Shown here piece by piece: positions 32,867-42,015 of a stretch of DNA of 64,000 bases. The notes beneath the pieces are model-generated. The model was not told where the DNA came from. It saw nothing but the letters and a program-made list of their open reading frames with translations, and ran no database searches. Numbering within the stretch: the stretch's first letter is position 1; each line of letters begins with the position of its first letter. This DNA is from an uncultured Gammaproteobacteria bacterium (GTDB taxonomy: Bacteria; Pseudomonadota; Gammaproteobacteria; CAWCPV01): NCBI GenBank assembly GCA_963797555.1, contig CAWCPV010000004.1, positions 64,001-128,000 on the forward strand, in the 5' to 3' direction. The position numbers and the translations under genes were made by a program.

Positions 32867-33412
32867 ATGGAGGCGGTCGTTATCGATAGCTGTTGCCTGA
32901 TCAACCTGTATGCAACGGGCAAACTGGGGCAGCTACTGGAGACCGTGGGCTGGTCTTGGAAATTACCCGAGGTGGTTGCCCGAGAGGCGCTGTACCTACG
33001 CGTTAAGGATGCAGAAGGCAACCCGGGCCGGGAGGCTATTGATCTCACCCCATTTGTAAGCACCCGCCTTCTCCAGACCGCCGCGCCGCAAACCGAAACC
33101 GAGTTCGCCGCCTACGTGGATCTGGCGGTTGCAGTCGACGACGGCAAGGCGATGGCCCTGGCCCTTGCTGTTTGCCGTGGCTGGCGCCTGGCCACCGATG
33201 ACGCCAAGGCCCTGCGCACGGCGGAGCAGAAAGGCGTGAAGTGCGTCACGACTCCGGAGATCATAAGGCAATGGGCCGAGGCCACCGCGGCACCGACCGG
33301 AGAAGTCGCGGCCATGCTGATGGCGATTCAGGAGCGGGCGCGATTCGCTCCGCCACGGAGTCACCCGCTCGGCCGTTGGTGGGCGCGTTCTTTGGAAGGG
33401 ATCGAGGGCTAA
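32867..33412 (+). CDS. PIN-domain protein (DUF3368-like), putative toxin
   Basis: VVIDSCCLIN, PEVV..E, DDG(K)AMALALA and LATDD. It lies 7 nt after the ImmA gene. Confidence 0.8.
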   Translation: MEAVVIDSCCLINLYATGKLGQLLETVGWSWKLPEVVAREALYLRVKDAEGNPGREAIDLTPFVSTRLLQTAAPQTETEFAAYVDLAVAVDDGKAMALALAVCRGWRLATDDAKALRTAEQKGVKCVTTPEIIRQWAEATAAPTGEVAAMLMAIQERARFAPPRSHPLGRWWARSLEGIEG

Positions 33413-33455
33413 TGACTGCAATCGTGCACACGCCGGGGGACGTGCGACTGCGCCA

Positions 33456-33727
33456 TCACCGCGGCATGTGTTGTTGAGCATTGATACCTTCAAGCAGCAC
33501 TACGGGAAAGGAGTCGCTGCCGAGGGTCATCAGCCCTTCGCCGGCCGTGAAGTGGTAGATCTCCTCGCTGAGACGGTGGCGGTGCAGGACGGTTCGGACA
33601 CCAGGCGCCACTGTGGCTTCGGCAAGACTCGTCGGCGATTCCCATGGCGGGCCGGGTGCATCAGTTCACGGATAACCGACCCGTCCTTGGTAACGTAGGG
33701 GGTGACCGTCGCGTAGGGGATTCTCAC
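33456..33727 (-). pseudogene. Frameshifted, apparently C-terminally truncated cupin
   Basis: YVTKDGSVIRELMHP, then a shifted frame SLAEATV.PG..TVLHRHRLSEEIYHFTAGEGLMTLG..FPV. The second cupin motif (GD....PPG..H) is missing. Confidence 0.65.
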
Positions 33728-34175
33728 ACCCGCAGTACGAGATTTACTCTACAAATTTATAATTACGGAACGTTCTGTGTGGTTTAAATTTCCTGTCACG
33801 CTTCTGGACTGGTAGAAGTAAGGATGCCGGCGCTGGCGACGCGGCGCTTGTGCAGCGCATTTTCACGGTGACGCCACTTTGCGCCGGGGTGGCTCACGGA
33901 TCAGTCCTTTATCGCACCCTCGCCCAGACATCACTTTCGGTGTCCATCGAGTAGCGCAAGTGGAGCGGCCGTTGGCGAAGGGCACGCCCCTGGTTGCCAA
34001 CATCCCGCGAAGGGTGCCCGCCATAGCCCCAGAGGGAGACCCCGCTAAAACAACTGATTAAATAACCACCGCATCGGCGCGGTTGCCAATGCCGCCGGAT
34101 GACGCCACGACTCCGATTGCACTAGAATATCGGCTAGCGGCGAGGCAGTTTCCCTCAAAAATCAGGAGGTTTCTC

Positions 34176-35267
34176 ATGGCGGACATTTCACGGCAACAGG
34201 TGGAAGCGGCGCTCAAGGAGGTTGTCGACCCTTACGTCAAAAAGGATCTGGTTTCTTCCAACGCCGTCAAGAACATTGCCATCGACGGCGGTCGGGTCAG
34301 CGTCGACCTCCATCTGGGCTACCCCGCCAAGCGCTATCATGCGGAGCTGGCCAAGGCCGTCCAGGACAAGGTCGAGGCCATCGGGGGCGTCACCGAAGCC
34401 ATCGTCAGCGTGGCCACTAAGATCGCCGCCCACAGCGTCCAGAAGGGCGTCACGCCCATGAAGAACCTGAAGAACATTATCGCGGTGGCCTCTGGCAAGG
34501 GCGGGGTCGGCAAGTCGACGGTGGCAGTCAACCTCGCCCTGGCGCTTTCCACGGAGGGCGCCAACGTGGGTATCCTGGATGCCGACATTTACGGACCCAG
34601 CCAGCCCCGAATGTTGGGCATCCACGCCAAGCCGGAGTCCAAGGACGGTAAGACCCTCGAGCCAATCGTCAGCTACCACCTCCAGTCCATGTCCATCGGC
34701 TACCTGATCGACGAAGAGACCCCGATGATCTGGCGCGGCCCGATGGTGACCCAGGCCCTGGAGCAACTGCTCAAGGACACGAACTGGAAGGATCTGGACT
34801 ATCTGGTGGTGGACCTGCCGCCGGGGACCGGCGACATCCAGCTCACCCTGGCCCAGAAGATCCCGGTCAGCGGGGCGATCATCGTCACGACCCCCCAGGA
34901 CATCGCCTTGCTCGACGCCCGCAAGGGCTTGAAGATGTTTGAGAAGGTCAACGTCCCCGTATTGGGCATCGTGGAGAACATGAGCATCTACATCTGCCCG
35001 AAGTGCGGCCACGAGGACCACATCTTCGGCGAAGGAGGCGGCCGCCGCATGGCGGAGGAGCATGAGGTGGACTTTCTGGGTTCGTTGCCGCTCGACGCCC
35101 GTATCCGCGAAGCCGTCGACAGCGGGAACCCGTCGGTGGTATCGGAGCCCGATGGGCGCGTGGCCCAGATGTACCGGGAGATCGCGCGCCACGCTGCGGC
35201 CAAGCTGTCCCAGCAGGCCAAGGACTATACGACCAAGTTCCCCAGCATCGTCATCCAGAGCAATTAG
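34176..35267 (+). CDS. apbC: Iron-sulfur cluster carrier ApbC/Mrp
   Basis: SGKGGVGKST, DADIYGPS, WRGPM, DLPPGTGD and ENMS..CPKC. Confidence 0.95.
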   Translation: MADISRQQVEAALKEVVDPYVKKDLVSSNAVKNIAIDGGRVSVDLHLGYPAKRYHAELAKAVQDKVEAIGGVTEAIVSVATKIAAHSVQKGVTPMKNLKNIIAVASGKGGVGKSTVAVNLALALSTEGANVGILDADIYGPSQPRMLGIHAKPESKDGKTLEPIVSYHLQSMSIGYLIDEETPMIWRGPMVTQALEQLLKDTNWKDLDYLVVDLPPGTGDIQLTLAQKIPVSGAIIVTTPQDIALLDARKGLKMFEKVNVPVLGIVENMSIYICPKCGHEDHIFGEGGGRRMAEEHEVDFLGSLPLDARIREAVDSGNPSVVSEPDGRVAQMYREIARHAAAKLSQQAKDYTTKFPSIVIQSN

Positions 35268-35612
35268 GGCGCACGCCACGCAGCCTAGCCACACTCGCCA
35301 CCCGGCTGCGGGCGGCTGCCGCGGGGGCCGGGTGACGCCGAGAGCCCGTCGCGGCGTCTCTTAGATAAATCGTCGCGAGGGGCCCGGGCGCAAGGCGCAG
35401 GGAGCGCAGTGGTGCTCGGGGAACCGATCCACTGCGTGGTCGAGCCGCTCTGGCTCGCCGTCGCTGAGGGGGCCAGCGTCGCTCCCCGGAATCGTAGAAT
35501 CGAGCAGCATGATCTGCGTGGCGCGGGTACGGGCGAATCGGTATCATGTCGCCAGCGCCGGCAGGGCGTGAACAGCACGGGCCTTCTCTCGGAGCGCGTC
35601 GGAATTGCGGAC

Positions 35613-36179
35613 ATGAGCGTCAAGTCAGACGGCTGGATCCGGCGGATGGCCATTGAGTGCGGCATGATCGATCCTTTCGAGCCGCGCCAGATCAAGGAAA
35701 ACCAGGCGGGGCGTATCGTCTCGTACGGCACCTCCAGCTACGGCTACGACATCCGCTGTGCAGACGAGTTCAAGATCTTCACCAACATCAATTCCGCCAT
35801 CGTCGACCCCAAGAACTTCGACGCCAGCAGCTTCGTGGACCTGCGCTCGGACGTTTGCATCATCCCGCCCAACTCCTTCGCCCTGGCGCGCACCGTGGAA
35901 TATTTCCGGATCCCCCGCAACGTGCTGACCATCTGCCTGGGGAAGAGCACGTACGCACGCTGTGGTATCATCGTCAACGTGACTCCCCTGGAGCCGGAAT
36001 GGGAGGGCCACGTGACGCTCGAGTTTTCCAACACCACCCCGTTGCCCGCCAAGGTGTACGCCAACGAAGGGGTGGCTCAGGTCATCTTCCTGGGGGCCGA
36101 CGACGTGTGCGAGATCTCGTATCGAGATCGTGGCGGGAAATACCAAGGGCAGATTGGCGTTACTTTGCCCAAGACCTAA
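35613..36179 (+). CDS. dcd: dCTP deaminase
   Basis: [27 protein letters not shown] and KYQGQ. Confidence 0.95.
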   Translation: MSVKSDGWIRRMAIECGMIDPFEPRQIKENQAGRIVSYGTSSYGYDIRCADEFKIFTNINSAIVDPKNFDASSFVDLRSDVCIIPPNSFALARTVEYFRIPRNVLTICLGKSTYARCGIIVNVTPLEPEWEGHVTLEFSNTTPLPAKVYANEGVAQVIFLGADDVCEISYRDRGGKYQGQIGVTLPKT

Positions 36180-36251
36180 GCTCTGGCCGATCGAGCATCC
36201 CGACGCAACGCCCGAGAGGTCACCCCCCGGGCACAGCGTGGGGCAAACGCG

Positions 36252-36416
36252 TTAGACCTCCATCATCTCGAAATCTTCCTTCCCGACGCCGCAGTCCGGG
36301 CAACGCCAAGTGGTCGGAATGTCCTCCCAGCGGGTCCCGGGCGCAATCCCTTCCTCGGGCATGCCCGCCGCTTCGTCATACACGAAGCCGCAGATCAGAC
36401 ACAGATAGACCTTCAT
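36252..36416 (-). CDS. Rubredoxin
   Basis: [27 protein letters not shown]. An alternative start exists at 36476. Confidence 0.92.
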   Translation of the reverse strand: MKVYLCLICGFVYDEAAGMPEEGIAPGTRWEDIPTTWRCPDCGVGKEDFEMMEV

Positions 36417-36641
36417 CTGCGACGCCGCCGGCAGCGTGTCAAGGGTTTGGGAGCGGACAGCGGTGTCTTGAACCATAGTGGAAACCCACACCTTCGATTT
36501 GTCGGAACTGGTTAAAGCGACGACCGCTGAGACCCCGGTGCGGTGCCGTGGCGGCCGAGGCTTCGGGGGACGGCGACCGGTTCCAGCGGTCGGGCCGGTC
36601 GGGCATAATGTTACGATTCTCTGTCCCTCAGACGCAACACA

Positions 36642-37460
36642 TTGGCAGCAGACACGCACACGGTCCCCGCTGTGCTGGTGTTCGCCGGCAACGACCCTAG
36701 CGGCGGCGCCGGCATTCAGGCCGACATCGAGGCCATCGGCAGCATGGGCTGCCATACACTGCCTGTCGTGACCGCGCTGACCGTGCAGGACACCCAGGGC
36801 GTGAAGGGGTACCTCCCGGTCGAGCCCTCCTGGGTCATCAGTCAGGCACGCGCGGTGCTGGAGGACGTACCGGTCGCGGCCTTCAAGATAGGCATGCTCG
36901 GCCAGGTGAGCAACGTCGAGGCGGTCCACACGATCCTCACGGACTACCCGAATGTGCCGGTAGTGCTGGATCCGGTGCTTGCCTCGGGTACCGGTCAGGC
37001 CCTCAGCGAGGCCGCGGTGGTCGAGGCCATGATCAGCCTTCTGTTCCCGCAGACCACGGTCCTCACACCGAACACCCTGGAAGCGCGCGCCCTCGCTTCG
37101 GGCGCTGACAACCTCGACGCGTGCGCCCAACAGCTCATGGACCGTGGTTGCGAGTTCGTACTGCTCACCGGGACTCACGAGCCGACCCCTCAAGTGGTGA
37201 ATCGGCTGTATGGCGCTCGCAGGGAGATGGAAAGCTACACCTGGGAACGGCTGCCGGACAGCTATCACGGGTCGGGCTGCACGCTGGCGGCCGCGCTCGC
37301 CGGCCTTCTGGCGCAGGGGCGGGAACCGTTCTCCGCGGTATATGAGGCCCAGCAGTACACCTGGGAGAGTCTGAAGTACGGCTACCGCCTGGGCATGGGC
37401 CAGCACATCCCCAACCGCCTGTTCTGGGGCTCGACGGACGACCAAGAGCATGCAGGCTGA
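36642..37460 (+). CDS. thiD: Hydroxymethylpyrimidine/phosphomethylpyrimidine kinase
   Basis: [29 protein letters not shown] and HGSGC. Confidence 0.88.
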   Translation: MAADTHTVPAVLVFAGNDPSGGAGIQADIEAIGSMGCHTLPVVTALTVQDTQGVKGYLPVEPSWVISQARAVLEDVPVAAFKIGMLGQVSNVEAVHTILTDYPNVPVVLDPVLASGTGQALSEAAVVEAMISLLFPQTTVLTPNTLEARALASGADNLDACAQQLMDRGCEFVLLTGTHEPTPQVVNRLYGARREMESYTWERLPDSYHGSGCTLAAALAGLLAQGREPFSAVYEAQQYTWESLKYGYRLGMGQHIPNRLFWGSTDDQEHAG

Positions 37461-38097
37461 CAGCCATGTGCACGGACTGTACGTCATCACCGGCGAGGCG
37501 GACGTTGGGGTCGAGACTCTGGTCCGGCAGACGGCTTCGGCCATCCGCGGGGGAGCATCGCTCGTGCAGTACCGGCGTAAGGGGGACGCCCCTGAGCGGC
37601 GTCGTCAACAGGCGCAGCGCCTCGGTCATCTGTGTCGGGCCCACGGGATCCCGTTCATCGTCAATGACGATATTTCCTTGGCACGGGACGTCGGCGCCAC
37701 GGGCGTCCACCTCGGTAAGGACGACCCTCCCGTCGCCGTTGGACGGCGCATCTTGGGGCAGCATGCACTCATCGGTGTCTCGTGCTACGACTCCTGGCAG
37801 CGCGCTTCAGAGGCACAGAGCGCCGGTGCGGATTACGTCGCCTTCGGCAGCTTCTTTCCCTCCCCGACCAAGCCCGAGGCGGTGCACGCCGACTTGGCGC
37901 TGTTGAGGCAGGCGAAGGCCACGCTACGAGTCCCCGCAGTCGCCATCGGGGGCATCACCCCGCAGAACGCGATAGCGCTCATCGAGGCGGGCGCCGATGC
38001 GGTCGCCGTGATCAGCGGGGTATTCGGGAGCGACGACGTGGAAGCAGCGGCGCGACGTTACGCAGAGCTGTTCGAGGACCCGTGCCGCGGCCTCTGA
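37450..38097 (+). CDS. thiE: Thiamine-phosphate synthase
   Basis: VQYRRK, VNDD, GVHLG, SPTK and AIGGI. Confidence 0.92.
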   Translation: MQADSHVHGLYVITGEADVGVETLVRQTASAIRGGASLVQYRRKGDAPERRRQQAQRLGHLCRAHGIPFIVNDDISLARDVGATGVHLGKDDPPVAVGRRILGQHALIGVSCYDSWQRASEAQSAGADYVAFGSFFPSPTKPEAVHADLALLRQAKATLRVPAVAIGGITPQNAIALIEAGADAVAVISGVFGSDDVEAAARRYAELFEDPCRGL

Positions 38098-38238
38098 TAT
38101 CGCTGACTCATGGACGGGCCGAGCGACCGAACGGGCTGAGGAGCACGCGACCCCGCCGGTCCTCGGGCTGAGCGGCAGAGGAGGAGTGCGAGATCACCTC
38201 CATGTCTGCCCCCTGGCTCGCTCTGCGAGCCCACTTCG

Positions 38239-38268
38239 TTGACACCCGGGCACGCCGTAGCGTATAAA
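38239..38268 (+). promoter_or_regulatory. Candidate sigma70 promoter of the hyf-like operon
   Basis: TTGACA-18 nt-TATAAA, 50 nt upstream of the hyfB start. Confidence 0.55.
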
Positions 38269-38318
38269 ACGACGCCCGTCACGAGGACCCAGACCGGCCC
38301 GGCGCCTCGCCCAACGGG

Positions 38319-40391
38319 TTGGTCCGGTCCTTCCCTGACACCCTCGCCTTCCTCGGGGAGCGCCTCTTGGCACTGACCGTTGCCGCATGGGCGGCCGTCT
38401 TCGCTTTGGCATCGGCAGGTGCGAGCTTGGGCCTGGACACCCGGCCCCGGCTGTTCAAGCCCCTCAGCTTCGTGCTCCTCGGGATCTCCGGCGCTTGCGC
38501 GATCATCGCCGCGGGATGGGCGTTGGGGACGGCGACCGCCACGACCGGGGTACTCCCGATTGGTTTGCCCTGGATGCCCTGGCACCTGCGCCTGGACCCG
38601 CTCGCCGGCTTCTTCTTCGGCGTCATCGGGCTGGTCACGCTGGCCGTGGCGTTGTACGGCCCCGGACATCTGCGCGAATATGAGCGCGGTAAGCAACCTC
38701 TTTGGATGCTGGGGCTGTTCACCGGCTTGTTCGTAGCGGGCATGCAGCTCGTCGTGCTCGCCGACGACGCCTTCGCCTTCATGGTGTCCTGGGAGCTGAT
38801 GTCACTCGCGAGCTATTTTCTCGTCGCCTATCAGCACCAGCACGCTGCGAACCGTCGTGCGGCATACCTGTATCTGCTGATGGCGCAAGTGGGAGGCCTG
38901 GCGATCCTCCTCGGCTTCGGCGTGCTCGCCGGCTTCGCCGGCGACTTCACCTTCAACGCGATGCGCGCCGCCGACCTCTCCAAAGGCTGGGAGACGGCGG
39001 CTTTCCTGCTCGCGCTGGTCGGCTTCGGCATGAAGGCGGGGCTGGTGCCGCTCCATGCGTGGCTGCCCGAGGCGCACCCCGTGGCACCCTCCCACATCTC
39101 CGCCCTCATGAGCGGAGTGATGCTGAAGGTGGCCGTCTACGGGTTCATCCGTTTCACCTTCGACCTGATCGGGGAAGTGCAATGGGGGTGGGGACTAGGC
39201 GTGCTCCTCGTCGGCAGCGCTTCGGCGCTGCTCGGGGTGCTGTACGCCCTGATGCAGCATGACCTCAAGCGCCTGCTGGCCTATCACTCGGTGGAGAACA
39301 TCGGGATCATCTTCATCGGGCTCGGACTGGCCATGATCTTCTTCGGCACCGGCCATCCGCGCCTGGGCATCCTGGGCTTCCTCGCGGCCCTCTACCACAC
39401 CTTGAACCACGCCCTATTCAAGAGTCTGCTGTTCATGGGTGCCGGCACCATCATCCAGCACAGCCACCAGCGGGATTTGGAGCACATGGGCGGGCTGATC
39501 CACCGCATGCCGCTTACTTCGGTGTTCTTTCTGGTAGGCTGCGTCAGCATCTCCGCTCTGCCGCCCTTCAACGGCTTCGTCTCCGAGTGGCTCACCTTCC
39601 AGGCCGCTCTCCAGTCTCCGGCGCTCGAGAGCGGCGTGCTGCGCGCCATGATCCCGGTGACCGCGGCCATGCTGGCCTTGACCGGGGCGCTCGCCGCCGC
39701 ATGCTTCGTCAAGGTCTACGGAGTCGCCTTCCTCGGCCAGCCCCGCAGCCGCCACGTGCGGCGGGCGCGCGAAGCGCACTGGGGAATGCATGCGGCGCAA
39801 GCGTGGCTGGCGGCTTTGTGCGTGGTATTCGGGGTGCTGCCCACGTACGCCATCGAATTGATGGACGCTGTCCCGCGCACCCTGCTGGGCCAGGGCCTGC
39901 CCAGCGCGTGGGCCTCGGGCTGGCTGTGGTTGACCCCGGTCTCGCCGGACGTGGCCTCCTATGGAGCACCCCTCGTGCTCGTGGGCCTGTTGCTGAGCGG
40001 GGGGATCGCCTACTGGGTGCTCCACCGTCCCGGTCAGGCCGCCACGGAGCGCCGCAGCCGTCCCTGGGATTGCGGCTTCGGGCCGCTGAGCCCGCGCATG
40101 CAATACACCTCCACGGCCTTCTCCATGCCCATCCGGCGCATCTTTCAGCCGGTGTGGGAGGTGCACGAGACGGTGGACGAGACGCGCGACCCGGTCCAGC
40201 CTCTGCGCGTCGCCGCGATACGCCATGCGCTGCGTGTCGAGGACCGGTCCTGGAGCGTCGTGTACGAGCCCCTCGGGCGCGCGGTGCTGAGCGCCGCTCG
40301 TTACGTCGGACGCATCCAGACCGGGAGCCTGCGCACCTATCTCGCATACTCGTTCTTCACGCTGGTGGTGCTGTTGTGGCTCATCAGCTAA
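38319..40391 (+). CDS. hyfB: HyfB-like proton-translocating antiporter subunit
   Basis: WELMS, GMKAGLVPLHAWLPEAHP, KRLLAYHSVEN, LPPFNGFVSEW and WDCG..RMQYT. Confidence 0.9.
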   Translation: MVRSFPDTLAFLGERLLALTVAAWAAVFALASAGASLGLDTRPRLFKPLSFVLLGISGACAIIAAGWALGTATATTGVLPIGLPWMPWHLRLDPLAGFFFGVIGLVTLAVALYGPGHLREYERGKQPLWMLGLFTGLFVAGMQLVVLADDAFAFMVSWELMSLASYFLVAYQHQHAANRRAAYLYLLMAQVGGLAILLGFGVLAGFAGDFTFNAMRAADLSKGWETAAFLLALVGFGMKAGLVPLHAWLPEAHPVAPSHISALMSGVMLKVAVYGFIRFTFDLIGEVQWGWGLGVLLVGSASALLGVLYALMQHDLKRLLAYHSVENIGIIFIGLGLAMIFFGTGHPRLGILGFLAALYHTLNHALFKSLLFMGAGTIIQHSHQRDLEHMGGLIHRMPLTSVFFLVGCVSISALPPFNGFVSEWLTFQAALQSPALESGVLRAMIPVTAAMLALTGALAAACFVKVYGVAFLGQPRSRHVRRAREAHWGMHAAQAWLAALCVVFGVLPTYAIELMDAVPRTLLGQGLPSAWASGWLWLTPVSPDVASYGAPLVLVGLLLSGGIAYWVLHRPGQAATERRSRPWDCGFGPLSPRMQYTSTAFSMPIRRIFQPVWEVHETVDETRDPVQPLRVAAIRHALRVEDRSWSVVYEPLGRAVLSAARYVGRIQTGSLRTYLAYSFFTLVVLLWLIS

Positions 40392-41335
40392 CGCTCTGGC
40401 TCCTCGCCCTGCTCCAGGCAGCCCTGTTCGTTGCGGCCGCGCCGCTGCTCGCCGGCTGGGTGAAGCGCTTGAAGTGCCGCTCCCAGAACCGCTCGGCCCC
40501 CTCGCTGTTGCAGCCGTATCGGGATCTGGCGAAGCTGTTTCGCAAGGACTTGGTGCTCGCCGACAACGCCTCGTGGGTGTTCCGCGGCGCCCCTTACATC
40601 GTCTTCGGCGCCACGGTGCTGGCTGCGGCCGTCGTCCCGCTGCTGGCCGTGCACTTGCCAACCGCGGCAGTAGCCGATGTCATCGTACTGGTAGGCTTCT
40701 TTGCCCTGGCGCGATTCTTTCTGGCCCTGGCGGGCATGGACATCGGGACCGCCTTCGGCGGCATGGGTGCTTCCCGGGAGATGACCGTTGCGTCACTGGC
40801 CGAGCCGGCCATGCTCATGGCGGTCTTCACTCTCGCCATGACCGCTTCCACGACCAATCTCTCGGTGGCGATGGAGTCGATCCTGGGATCGGGCTTGGTG
40901 CTGCGCCCGTCTTTCGTGTTCGCCCTGCTGGGCCTCGCCATGGTCGCTGTCGCGGAAACCGGCCGCATCCCGGTGGACAACCCGGCGACGCACTTGGAGC
41001 TGACCATGATCCACGAGGCCATGATCCTGGAGTACACCGGCCGTCATCTGGCACTGATGGAGTGGGCGGCCCAAATCAAGCTAATGACCTATGGGGTGCT
41101 CATCGCCAACATCTTCCTCCCGTGGGGCATCGCCACGGATCTCAGCCTGAAGGCCGTGGTCATCGGGGCGCTTGCCATCACGCTGAAGTTGGCCCTGCTG
41201 TCGGTCGCCCTGGTCGTGAGCGAGACGGTGCTCGCCAAACTGCGGCTGTTTCGCGCGCCCCAGTACCTTAGCTTCGCGTATCTGCTCACGGTGCTCGGCA
41301 TGCTGAGCCACATCATCCTGGAGACGGGCGTCTGA
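40391..41335 (+). CDS. hyfC: HyfC/NuoH-like membrane subunit
   Basis: QPYRDLAKL, FGGMGASRE, ETGRIPVDNP..HLELTMIHE. The expected start position reads ACG (TAACG overlap). Confidence 0.88.
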   Translation, partial: TLWLLALLQAALFVAAAPLLAGWVKRLKCRSQNRSAPSLLQPYRDLAKLFRKDLVLADNASWVFRGAPYIVFGATVLAAAVVPLLAVHLPTAAVADVIVLVGFFALARFFLALAGMDIGTAFGGMGASREMTVASLAEPAMLMAVFTLAMTASTTNLSVAMESILGSGLVLRPSFVFALLGLAMVAVAETGRIPVDNPATHLELTMIHEAMILEYTGRHLALMEWAAQIKLMTYGVLIANIFLPWGIATDLSLKAVVIGALAITLKLALLSVALVVSETVLAKLRLFRAPQYLSFAYLLTVLGMLSHIILETGV

Positions 41336-41336
41336 C

Positions 41337-42015
41337 ATGAGCCTGATGCACCTCAGCCTCTACGAGCAGGCGATCCTCTTCTTCGCCGCCGCCATCCTGT
41401 TCACCTCGTTCGCCATGCTGGCCCAGCCCCGGTCGCTCGCGCTCATCCGCGTATTCGCTTGGCAGGGCGCGATCCTGGCGCTGACCACCGCGTTGGTCGC
41501 CGGGGTGTCCCACCATCCACATCTCTACGTCTCCGCTGTGCTCACCCTCAGCATGAAGGCCCTGCTCATCCCCTGGCTGCTACACCGGCTGGTGGTGCGC
41601 CTCGGTCTGGCTCGGGACGCGGAGCCGCTCAAGAACACCGCCCTGGTGCAGATCGGCGGGGCCAGCGTGGTGGTGTTCAGCTACTATGTCTCGCTGCCGG
41701 TCGTGGAGTTGTCCAAGTTCGTGACCCGCAACACCATCGCCATCAGCCTGGCAGTGGTGCTGCTCGGGCTCCTGCTCGATGATCACGCGGCGCCGCGCGG
41801 TCACGCAGGTGGTCGGCTTCATGGCCATGGAGAACGGGCTATTCTTCGCGGCAGTGGTCTCGACGCTCGGCATGCCCATGGTGGTGGAGCTGGGGGTCGC
41901 CTTCGACGTGCTGGTGGCGGCCATCCTGTTCGGGGTCTTCTTCTTCCAGATCCGGGAGAGCATCGAGTCGCTGGACGTGGACCGGCTCAACCGCCTGACC
42001 GAGGCGGACGAGTGA
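41337..42015 (+). CDS. hyfE: HyfE-like membrane subunit, one-base frameshift near 41778
   Basis: The N-half joins MITRRRAVTQVVGFMAMENG..MPMVVELG..FD in a shifted frame. Span is 3n+1. Confidence 0.88.

Noticed and set aside
36520-36620. TPP riboswitch upstream of thiD (GCTGAGA..CCC)
   Set aside because: The downstream ACCTGA..TAA..GCG.AGG core is not present.
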